Assembly: GCA_023136205.1 (NCBI GenBank)
Contig: JAGLRQ010000004.1
Coordinates: 1-29,640 of the forward strand
Source of the DNA: Candidatus Auribacterota bacterium
Lineage (GTDB): Bacteria; Auribacterota; UBA6266
Length of the DNA stretch: 29,640 nucleotides
Reading direction: 5' to 3'
The notes under the pieces were generated by a model. That model was not told the DNA's origin. It saw nothing but the letters and a program-made list of their open reading frames with translations, and ran no database searches. Positions 1-6,604 of this stretch are shown piece by piece (positions within the stretch are counted from its first letter, which is position 1; the number at the start of each line of letters is the position of its first letter). The position numbers and the translations under genes were made by a program.

Positions 1-650
1 GCTGTATAGAAAGGACACTTCTCTCTATCCTCTATCTTAACTGAAGCCGCGGATGACGCATCCTTTGCAATTTCAGAAACGCTGATTTTTAGGCGTTTCA
101 GCTTTTGCCCGGTAACAGCTGCAATTTCCCTGGCTATTCCTAAAATGCTAAGGCAGTCAGGCCTGTTAGGGGTTATTTCAAAGTTAAAAATAACATCCAG
201 ATCCAAATAATCTTTAACAGGTTTCCCCGGCACAGCATCAGGTTTAAGTATAATAATCCCCACGTGATCATCGCCAAGGGCCAATTCATCTTCGGCGCAA
301 AGCATACCTTCAGATTCAATGCCGCGTATTTTAGCTTTTTTAAGTTTCACACCGTTCGGCAAAAGCATACCGGCAGACGCAAAAATCACCTTATCTTTTT
401 CCTTCATATTTTTAGCGCCGCAAACAACAGTTATCTCTTTTTTGCCGGTATTAACCCGGCAAAGCGAAAGTTTATCAGCGTTGGGATGTTTCTTAATCTC
501 AATTATTTCTGCAACCAGCAGACCATCAAGATTCGGAGGTTCCTGAACACTCTCCACCTCTGTTCCAGACATGGTAAGAAGGTTTCTTACCTCATCAGGA
601 CAAAGGTTTATGTCCACATATTGCTTAAGCTGTTTATAAGATACTTTCAT
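1..650 (-). CDS. pheT: Phenylalanine--tRNA ligase beta subunit, N-terminal ~216 codons (gene runs off the window start)
   Basis: Hand translation of minus strand from ATG 650..648: MKVSYKQLKQYVDINLCPDEVRNLLTMSGTEVESVQEPPNLDGLLVAEIIEIKKHPNADKLSLCRVNTGKK...KIRGIESEGMLCAEDEL...FEITPNRPDCLSILGIAREIA. Frame stays open to position 1. The tRNA-binding OB-domain motifs are typical of PheT. ATGA start/stop overlap with pheS (647-650). Absent from the ORF track because it is open at the window edge. Confidence 0.9.
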   Translation of the reverse strand, partial: MKVSYKQLKQYVDINLCPDEVRNLLTMSGTEVESVQEPPNLDGLLVAEIIEIKKHPNADKLSLCRVNTGKKEITVVCGAKNMKEKDKVIFASAGMLLPNGVKLKKAKIRGIESEGMLCAEDELALGDDHVGIIILKPDAVPGKPVKDYLDLDVIFNFEITPNRPDCLSILGIAREIAAVTGQKLKRLKISVSEIAKDASSAASVKIEDREKCPFYT

Positions 651-1669
651 GCAAACTGATTTAAAAACCTCTCATCATTTTCATAAAACAGTCTTAAATC
701 ATCTATCCCGTATTTAATCATGGCTATTCTTTCAATCCCCAGGCCAAAAGCATATCCTGAATATTTTTCGGGGTCGTATCCAACCTTTTCATAAACTCTG
801 GGATCTACCATTCCCGCCCCGGAAATTTCAATCCATCCCGAATTCTTACAAATTTTACATCCCTTTCCCCCACACATTACACAGGAAAAATCATATTCCA
901 CACTCGGTTCTGTAAACGGAAAAAAATGAGGCCTAAATCTTATTTTTACATCTTTACCCATAAGCTGTCTGGCACAACTGTGCAAAACTCCTTTAAGGTC
1001 AGCAAAAGAAACCTTTTTATCAACATATAATCCTTCAATCTGGTGAAAGGTATGTCCATGAGTAGCATCGGGAGTATCATTCCTGTAAACTCTGCCGGGA
1101 GCAATTATTTGAATCGGGGGCTTTTTGCTCATCATCACTCTTATCTGAACGGGTGAAGTCTGAGTCCTCAAGAGGCTGCCATTTTCAAGGTAAAAAGTAT
1201 CCTGTAAATCTCTTGAAGGATGATCTTCGGGAGTGTTAAGAGCATCAAAATTATTGAATTCTGTTTCTATATCGGGGCCGTCAGCAAAAGAAAAACCCAT
1301 ATCCCTGAAGATTGCCACAACATCTTCTATGGTTTGAGTTATCGGGTGAACCGTTCCTAATTTCTTTTTAAGCCCCGGAAGAGTAATATCTATTTTATCA
1401 ACAAATGAACAAAGTCTTTCGCTTTTTTGTTCCAGAGATTTTTTTGCCTCGGCAATACCTGCCTGAATTGAAACTTTTAAGGAATTTACCTGTTTCCCGA
1501 AGAGAGGTTTTTCATCGGGAGTCATTTTCTTCATTTTCTCAAGTAAATCTGAAACTTTGCCCTTTTTCCCAAGAAATTTTATTCTGGCTGCTTCAAGTTG
1601 ACTAAGAGTGTCAGCTTTTGTAATTTCTTGAAGGGCTTCTTCTTTGATACTGTTGATATTATTATTCAT
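647..1669 (-). CDS. pheS: Phenylalanine--tRNA ligase alpha subunit
   Basis: 340-aa ORF with class II aaRS motifs FRPHFFPFTEPSVE, GAGMVDPRV and GLGIERIAM. SD AAGGAG at 1683..1678. Conserved position after rplT and before pheT. Confidence 0.95.
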   Translation of the reverse strand: MNNNINSIKEEALQEITKADTLSQLEAARIKFLGKKGKVSDLLEKMKKMTPDEKPLFGKQVNSLKVSIQAGIAEAKKSLEQKSERLCSFVDKIDITLPGLKKKLGTVHPITQTIEDVVAIFRDMGFSFADGPDIETEFNNFDALNTPEDHPSRDLQDTFYLENGSLLRTQTSPVQIRVMMSKKPPIQIIAPGRVYRNDTPDATHGHTFHQIEGLYVDKKVSFADLKGVLHSCARQLMGKDVKIRFRPHFFPFTEPSVEYDFSCVMCGGKGCKICKNSGWIEISGAGMVDPRVYEKVGYDPEKYSGYAFGLGIERIAMIKYGIDDLRLFYENDERFLNQFA

Positions 1670-1876
1670 ATTTCAGGCTCCTTAACCCAAAAAAGGGTTA
1701 CCGAGCCCGGATATAAAAATCAACGGCTCCTTAGTCCTTAGCACCAGGGGAAAGTATCAAATATCAGCAGAATTGATAATTTCAAGATCTCCTGTTACCG
1801 AAATTCGTGATGAATCTATAATTAAACTACTTGCTATAGCCATTGTTTTCAAACCCGAACACAGAATTAAGAGAAA

Positions 1877-2233
1877 CTATTTTAAACTGCTCTTTGCCGT
1901 CTCAACAATTTCTTTGAAAGTTTTTTCATCGCTTACCGCAATATCCGAAAGAATCTTTCTGTCCAACTCAACACCGGCTTTTGTCAAACCGTCTATAAAT
2001 TTGCTGTATGAAAGGCCAGCCTGCTTCACCGCAGCAGAAATTCTCACAATCCACAAAGAGCGAAACTGTCTCTTCTTCACTTTCCTATCTCTAAAGGCAA
2101 ATTTCCGGGCCCTTTTAACAGACTCATTTGCTGTCCGGAAGAGCTTACTTCGCCCCCCCACAAACCCCTTCGCACGTTTTAAAACCCTTTTATGCCTTTT
2201 TTTAGTAGCAGGCGCATTAGTTGCCCGTGGCAT
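1877..2233 (-). CDS. rplT: 50S ribosomal protein L20
   Basis: 118 aa, MPRATNAPATKKRHKRVLKRAKGF... is a typical L20 N-terminus. SD GGAGG upstream. rpmI-rplT synteny. Confidence 0.95.
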   Translation of the reverse strand: MPRATNAPATKKRHKRVLKRAKGFVGGRSKLFRTANESVKRARKFAFRDRKVKKRQFRSLWIVRISAAVKQAGLSYSKFIDGLTKAGVELDRKILSDIAVSDEKTFKEIVETAKSSLK

Positions 2234-2253
2234 TTTTCATCCCCTCCAATTTT

Positions 2254-2445
2254 CTAAGGAAGCATTCTGGTAATCCTACTCTTCTGAGACAAGGAAACCT
2301 CTGCACACTTCCTTAATTTTCTTTTTCTTTTACCTGTTTTTTTTCCCATCAAATGTCCCGCATTCGCTTTAAAGTGCAGGATTTTACCACTTTTGGATTT
2401 CTTAAACCGCTTTACAGCGGCTTTTTTTGTTTTCAGCTTGGGCAT
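2254..2445 (-). CDS. rpmI: 50S ribosomal protein L35
   Basis: 63 aa, [15 protein letters not shown]... is a typical L35. SD AAGGAG upstream. Lies between infC and rplT. Confidence 0.95.
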   Translation of the reverse strand: MPKLKTKKAAVKRFKKSKSGKILHFKANAGHLMGKKTGKRKRKLRKCAEVSLSQKSRITRMLP

Positions 2446-2600
2446 TCAATATCTCCTTGTACAGTGAAACACCACATAAAGCACTAAAGAGTAATACGTT
2501 TTAATTAAAAAGGCAAGATTTTTTTTAGGAAGTATTTATAATCATGGTAATTAGAGCTACAGCCGGAACTCTTATCTTAGTCAAACCACATTCGACACTT

Positions 2601-3125
2601 TTAAGAAGATTTCGTAGATTTAGAACCCATAACCATAGTCACAAACCTACCCATTTCCCGGGGCCGCATCTCGACAGCGCCATACTCTTTCGTGTCCTCT
2701 ACAATTCTCTCTAACACATTGCGTCCCAGTTCCTTATGTGCCATTTCACGCCCCCTGAACATAAGTGTCACTTTTACCTTACACCCTTTCTTCAGAAATT
2801 CTATAAGGTGTTTGATTTTTATGCCATAATCGTGATTGCCTATCCTGGGACTTATCTTTACTTCTTTTACTTTTACTACATGCTGCTTTTTTTTCGCCTG
2901 TCTTTCTCTTTTTGTCTGTTCATAGCGATATTTTCCATAATCCATTATTCTGCAAACAGGCGGTTTTGCCATAGGGGCAACTTCCACAAGGTCAAGTTTC
3001 TTTTCCCGGGCTATGTATTTTGCCTCAGCTATCTTCAAAATACCTAACTGTTTTCCGTCTGAGTCAATGAGTCTCACTTCGGGAACCCTTATTTTTTCGT
3101 TTACCTTTGTAAAATCCCTTTCGAT
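2601..3125 (-). CDS. infC: Translation initiation factor IF-3, probable non-canonical ATC start
   Basis: The ORF track gives GTG at 3077, but the frame is open upstream and encodes IERDFTKVNEKIRVPEVRLIDSDGKQLG, a conserved IF3 N-terminus. AAGGAGG (3138..3132) lies 6 nt before ATC 3125..3123. No ATG/GTG/TTG occurs in frame between that ATC and 3077. C-terminal domain motif MFRGRE is present. Confidence 0.85.
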   Translation of the reverse strand: MERDFTKVNEKIRVPEVRLIDSDGKQLGILKIAEAKYIAREKKLDLVEVAPMAKPPVCRIMDYGKYRYEQTKRERQAKKKQHVVKVKEVKISPRIGNHDYGIKIKHLIEFLKKGCKVKVTLMFRGREMAHKELGRNVLERIVEDTKEYGAVEMRPREMGRFVTMVMGSKSTKSS

Positions 3126-3144
3126 AAAACACCTCCTTTGAGTT

Positions 3145-4890
3145 TCAATTTTTTGCGTCTATTTTTCTATTTATTTCACTGATAAAATTTTCTATCTTTA
3201 TGCCATTTTGCTGGTCACCTTTTCTTGTCCTGACAGAAACCGTTTGATCTTCCATTTCCTTATTTCCAATAATAATCATGTAGGGGATTTTCTGCATCTG
3301 AGCTTCCCTAATCTTTGCTCCCATCTTCTCGTTTCTGTCATCCAGGTGAACCCTGATGCCTTTTTCTTCCAACTTTTTCTTAACCGAAGAAGCGTACTCA
3401 AGCTGAGCATCAGATATAGTAATCAATTCAGTCTGAACAGGAGAAAGCCATACAGGAAACGCACCTCCATAATGTTCAATAAGAACAGCAAAAAACCTTT
3501 CCAGCGACCCCATTAACGCCCTGTGAATCATTATAGGCCTGTGTTCGTTTCCATCCTCACCGATATATGAAACATCAAATTTCTCAGGTATGTTAAAATC
3601 TACTTGAATTGTACTGCACTGATGAGCTCTACCCATAACGTCTTTTATCTTTATATCGATTTTCGGGCCATAGAATACCCCTTCTCCGAGATCAACTTCA
3701 TATTTCATTTTCTTTTGCTCAAGAGCATTTTTAAGAGCGTTAGTAGCCTTTTGCCAATTTTCTTGTGAACCAACAAATTTTTCAGGCCTGGTTGAAAGAT
3801 ATACATCATATTCTTTAAAACCAAAGGTAGAAAGCATATAAACAACAAAATCAATTATTTTCTTTATCTCTTCTTCCAGTTGTCCCGGAAGGCAAAAAAT
3901 ATGCGCGTCATCCTGTGTAAAACCCCTGACTCTTATAAGGCCATGCAAAACTCCTCTTCTTTCATACCTGTAAACAGTTCCAAGTTCAGCCCATCTGATT
4001 GGAAACTCCCTGTAGCTGTGTATTTGATTCTTATATATGGCAATGTGAAAGGGACAATTCATCGGCTTTATTTCATATTTAAACTCATCGACTTGCATAG
4101 GAGAATACATATTTTCCTCATAAAAATCTAAATGTCCGCTTCTTTTCCACAAATCCAGCAACGCAATATGAGGCGTATTAACAAGGTCATAACCAGCTTT
4201 TAGATGTTCATCTTTCCAGAAATCTTCGATTATCTTTCTGATGAGTGCTCCTTTCGGATGCCATAAAACAAGACCGGGGCCTATAGATTCCTGCATACTG
4301 AAAAGGTTCAAATCTTTGCCAAGTTTCCGGTGGTCTCTTTTCTTCGCCTCTTCCAGTTTATTCAGGTGGTCTTCAAGCTGTTTTTTGTTATAGAAGGCTA
4401 TCCCGTAAATACGCTGAAGCATCTTGTTTTTCTCATCGCCGCGCCAATAAGCTCCGGCAATCTTTAAAAGCTTGAAAGCCTTCACCTCCCCCGTGGAAAC
4501 TACATGAGGTCCTTTACAGAGATCAATAAAATCTCCATGTTTATAGAAAAGAATTTTTTCATCCGGTATAGATTCAATAAGTTCCATCTTATAAATCTGA
4601 TCTTTCTGCCTGAAAAACTTTAATGCTTCTTCCCGATCCATCTCAATGCGCTCAAATCTGTGGTTAGCTTTTATACTCTCCGCCATCAATTTCTCAATTT
4701 CCTCAAGAACGTCGGGAGTAAAAGCCCCAGGGGTCTCAAAATCATAGTAAAAACCGTCCTCTATAGCTGGACCTATCGCCAACTTTGTTCCGGGAAAAAG
4801 TTTAAGTACGGCTTCAGCCATTACATGTGAGGCGCTATGTCGCAGAGCTTCAAGATCAGCTCCGGTAGATTTCAAAGGGGTCTTACTCAT
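3145..4890 (-). CDS. thrS: Threonine--tRNA ligase (short form lacking the N-terminal TGS domain)
   Basis: 581 aa. Editing-domain HxxxH (RHSASHVMAEA) is already at residues 18-22. Class II core (FRYERRGVLHGLIRVRGFTQDDAHIF, HRALMGSLERF) and C-terminal anticodon-binding domain are present. An in-frame TAG 9 nt upstream of the ATG excludes an N-terminal extension. Confidence 0.95.
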   Translation of the reverse strand: MSKTPLKSTGADLEALRHSASHVMAEAVLKLFPGTKLAIGPAIEDGFYYDFETPGAFTPDVLEEIEKLMAESIKANHRFERIEMDREEALKFFRQKDQIYKMELIESIPDEKILFYKHGDFIDLCKGPHVVSTGEVKAFKLLKIAGAYWRGDEKNKMLQRIYGIAFYNKKQLEDHLNKLEEAKKRDHRKLGKDLNLFSMQESIGPGLVLWHPKGALIRKIIEDFWKDEHLKAGYDLVNTPHIALLDLWKRSGHLDFYEENMYSPMQVDEFKYEIKPMNCPFHIAIYKNQIHSYREFPIRWAELGTVYRYERRGVLHGLIRVRGFTQDDAHIFCLPGQLEEEIKKIIDFVVYMLSTFGFKEYDVYLSTRPEKFVGSQENWQKATNALKNALEQKKMKYEVDLGEGVFYGPKIDIKIKDVMGRAHQCSTIQVDFNIPEKFDVSYIGEDGNEHRPIMIHRALMGSLERFFAVLIEHYGGAFPVWLSPVQTELITISDAQLEYASSVKKKLEEKGIRVHLDDRNEKMGAKIREAQMQKIPYMIIIGNKEMEDQTVSVRTRKGDQQNGIKIENFISEINRKIDAKN

Positions 4891-4898
4891 AAGGAACC

Positions 4899-4913
4899 AC
4901 TACAACCAGTAGT
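4899..4913 (-). promoter_or_regulatory. Small hairpin between the SD and AUG of thrS with a GGU anticodon-like loop (candidate translational operator)
   Basis: Minus-strand RNA reads ACUAC-UGGUU-GUAGU (5 bp stem). If the closing C-G opens, the loop reads C-U-G-G-U-U-G. AGGAG (4923..4919) lies 28 nt upstream of the AUG at 4890. Confidence 0.3.
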
Positions 4914-5020
4914 CTTTTCTCCTTCCTGATTCACTATCTTTTTTAAATTCAAATACTACAGGTGATTATCCCAATTTTCGCCAATTAAATCAAATAATAA
5001 ATTCAGCGTAATTTAGTCTT

Positions 5021-5050
5021 TGTCCTCCTACGCCAAAACTTTGGAGGACA
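5021..5050 (-). other. 8-bp stem-loop in the tRNA-Val/thrS spacer
   Basis: Plus strand TGTCCTCC (5021-5028) and GGAGGACA (5043-5050) are perfect reverse complements around a 14-nt loop. The arms carry SD-like GGAGG and anti-SD-like CCUCC. Confidence 0.45.
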
Positions 5051-5076
5051 TCCGCCATTAAATTTTTTAAGACTTG

Positions 5077-5124
5077 TCCGCCGTAGCTTCTGGAATGAAA
5101 CACCCAACTCCAAACGAAGGCGGA
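5077..5124 (-). other. Composite long hairpin directly abutting the 3' CCA end of tRNA-Val
   Basis: Outer stem TCCGCC (5077-5082) / GGCGGA (5119-5124). Hand folding adds a middle CUUC/GAAG stem and an inner UGGAGU/AUUCCA stem. No U-tract follows, so it is not a classical terminator. Confidence 0.4.
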
Positions 5125-5201
5125 TGGTGGGCGATACTGGAGTCGAACCAGTGACCTCTAGCTTGTCGAGCTAGCGCTCTAACCAGCTGAGCTAATCGCC
5201 C
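5125..5201 (-). tRNA. tRNA-Val (anticodon GAC), CCA encoded, with C at position 33
   Basis: Minus strand: GGGCGAT TA GCTC AGCTGGTTA GAGC G CTAGC TCGACAA GCTAG AGGTC ACTGG TTCGACT CCAGT ATCGCCC A CCA. This gives a complete cloverleaf of 77 nt with a 7-bp acceptor stem, T-loop TTCGACT and a 5-nt variable loop. Confidence 0.9.
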
Positions 5202-5219
5202 ATCTCAGAATGGTTAGTA

Positions 5220-5248
5220 ATATTACCGACGGATAAGTTCATTGTCAA
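5220..5248 (-). promoter_or_regulatory. Candidate sigma70-type promoter for tRNA-Val (and possibly the thrS operon)
   Basis: Minus strand TTGACA (5248..5243), 17-nt spacer, TAATAT (5225..5220), 18 nt upstream of the mature tRNA 5' end. Confidence 0.55.
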
Positions 5249-5267
5249 TAGAAAAACGATAGAAGCC

Positions 5268-5297
5268 GTATGTAGTATATAATATGTAGTATGTAGC
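5268..5297. repeat. Tandem ATGTAGTAT units (period 14), inverted partner of 5378-5406
   Basis: ATGTAGTAT at 5270-5278 and 5284-5292. Its exact reverse complement ATACTACAT is at 5396-5404. By hand alignment, arm 5268-5296 matches the reverse complement of 5378-5406 at 22 of 29 positions. Confidence 0.75.
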
Positions 5298-5344
5298 TAA
5301 AGGCTGACAGCTAATTTTATTTGCTATTTCTGCCTACCGGCAGG

Positions 5345-5446
5345 CTCTGTGGTTACTTTTTCTTTTGTTCGTTTTTACAATATACTATATACGAAATACT
5401 ACATAGTGCGAAGCGAAGCGGAGCCTCCCCGGAGGGGTCTAGATAC
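5345..5446. repeat. Composite intergenic repeat: a module homologous to 24543-24608 followed by a GC-rich module homologous (inverted) to 12329-12372
   Basis: Versus 24543-24608: CTCTGTGGTTA(C/A)TTTTT 16/17, GTTTTTAC 8/8, ATACTATATAC 11/11, ATACTA(C/T)ATA(G/C) 9/11, with a 4-nt indel in the T-rich middle. Segment 5403-5446 versus the reverse complement of 12329-12372: 40/44 by hand alignment. Confidence 0.8.
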
Positions 5447-5464
5447 CAGATACTAAAATCCTGG

Positions 5465-5493
5465 TTGATTAATATCGGCACCATATGTATAAT
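5465..5493 (+). promoter_or_regulatory. Candidate sigma70-type promoter for lptFG
   Basis: TTGATT (5465-5470), 17-nt spacer, TATAAT (5488-5493). The lptF ATG is at 5504, only 10 nt after the -10 box, and no SD is visible. Confidence 0.45.
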
Positions 5494-5503
5494 TTCTGAG
5501 ATT

Positions 5504-6604
5504 ATGAAAATTTTGACAAAATACTTATTAAAAGATTTTTTTACGAATTTTATGTTTGCTCTGGGAATATTTACATTCGTTCTTCTTATAGGAAATCTTG
5601 TAGAATTAATTCAACTCCTATTGAAAGGGGTTCAGCTTGCCTTTGTTTTTAAAATGATATTTTACATTACCCCTTACCTTCTTAGCTATACCATACCGCT
5701 AACATGTTTGACCGCCGGCCTTCTGATGTTCGGAAAGCTTTCAGCAAACCATGAAATCACTGCGATGAAAGCATCCGGGCTCAGTTTATTTTATATTTCA
5801 AAGCCTGTTCTTAAATCTGCCCTTGTCATTGCAGTTATAAGTTTTATTATAGCTTCCTATATTTCCCCCTCATGCCACTACGTTATCAGAAAAAGCAAAA
5901 AGCTGGATATAAGCAAGGTCGGAAACATTAACCCGGTTAAATTAATTGAAAAAGGAGTATTCATTGAGGCATTTTACCCCTACGTAATCTACTGCGAGGA
6001 TAAGACAGACAACATCCTGAAAGATTTAATGATATTCGAAGTAAAAGAAAATTCTCCCGCTAACACAATTATCGCGAAAGAAGGAAAAATTAAATACGCC
6101 GCAAAAGATAAAACAATAAAGCTTGAGCTTAAAGACGGCAGCTTCGATGCCCCGGATCCGGAAAATCCAGAAAACTTTTTCAGGGGAAGCTTTGACAACT
6201 ACCAGCTTGAATTCAAATTACCCGAAAAGCCCAACAAATATATAGCCCGCTGTGCCAATGATATGCCCATAAGCAAACTCCTCAGAAAAATCAAAGAGTA
6301 TAAGAAAAAAGGAATTAACGCGACACCTCTTAAAGTCGAATTCAGCAGCAGGCTGGCAAGTTCAGTTTCCTGTATAATATTCACTATTATAGCAATCCCT
6401 CTGGGCATAAAGGCCCACAGAAGCGAGAAAAGCATAGGAATTGCCCTGAGCCTGGGGCTCGCAATGTGTTACTACAGTTTTATAATCCTTGCAAAGGCCC
6501 TGGACAAAAAAACCGACATCCATCCGGAATACATAGTCTGGATACCCAACATTATTCTTCTATCCCTTGGAATATTTTTATTCTGGAGAACTAAAAATAA
6601 ATGA
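5504..6604 (+). CDS. lptF: LPS export ABC transporter permease LptF
   Basis: The ORF track starts at a TTG (5321), but the first 61 codons cover intergenic repeats and a promoter. MKILTKYLLKDFFTNFMFALGIFTFVLLI from ATG 5504 is a typical LptF/LptG (YjgP/YjgQ) N-terminus. The protein has 6 hydrophobic segments with a large periplasmic insert. ATGA overlap with lptG. Confidence 0.85.
   Translation: MKILTKYLLKDFFTNFMFALGIFTFVLLIGNLVELIQLLLKGVQLAFVFKMIFYITPYLLSYTIPLTCLTAGLLMFGKLSANHEITAMKASGLSLFYISKPVLKSALVIAVISFIIASYISPSCHYVIRKSKKLDISKVGNINPVKLIEKGVFIEAFYPYVIYCEDKTDNILKDLMIFEVKENSPANTIIAKEGKIKYAAKDKTIKLELKDGSFDAPDPENPENFFRGSFDNYQLEFKLPEKPNKYIARCANDMPISKLLRKIKEYKKKGINATPLKVEFSSRLASSVSCIIFTIIAIPLGIKAHRSEKSIGIALSLGLAMCYYSFIILAKALDKKTDIHPEYIVWIPNIILLSLGIFLFWRTKNK

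Noticed and set aside
264-659. Plus-strand ORFs 264-659 (131 aa) and 319-546 (75 aa)
   Set aside because: They lie antisense to a clearly recognisable pheT reading frame, have low-complexity and implausible sequence, and have no SD. They are shadow ORFs.
1773-2273. 166-aa plus-strand ORF overlapping rplT
   Set aside because: It is antisense to the highly conserved L20 gene, with no recognisable motifs. It is a shadow ORF.
2446-2600. Possible L20-binding autoregulatory leader upstream of rpmI-rplT (155-nt spacer)
   Set aside because: Such leaders exist in E. coli and Bacillus, but I could not identify a convincing pseudoknot or hairpin resembling the L20 site on 23S rRNA by eye. It is not reportable without a covariance-model scan such as Rfam L20_leader.
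5080-5087. GCCGTAGC resembling the ops/JUMPStart element (GGCGGTAGC) used by RfaH in LPS operons
   Set aside because: It is not an exact match, it lies on the non-transcribed (plus) strand of a translation operon, and it forms part of a hairpin arm.
5321-5503. 61-codon N-terminal extension of the lptF ORF (TTG start at 5321)
   Set aside because: The extension runs through intergenic repeat modules and the candidate promoter, has odd composition, and the canonical LptF N-terminus begins at ATG 5504.
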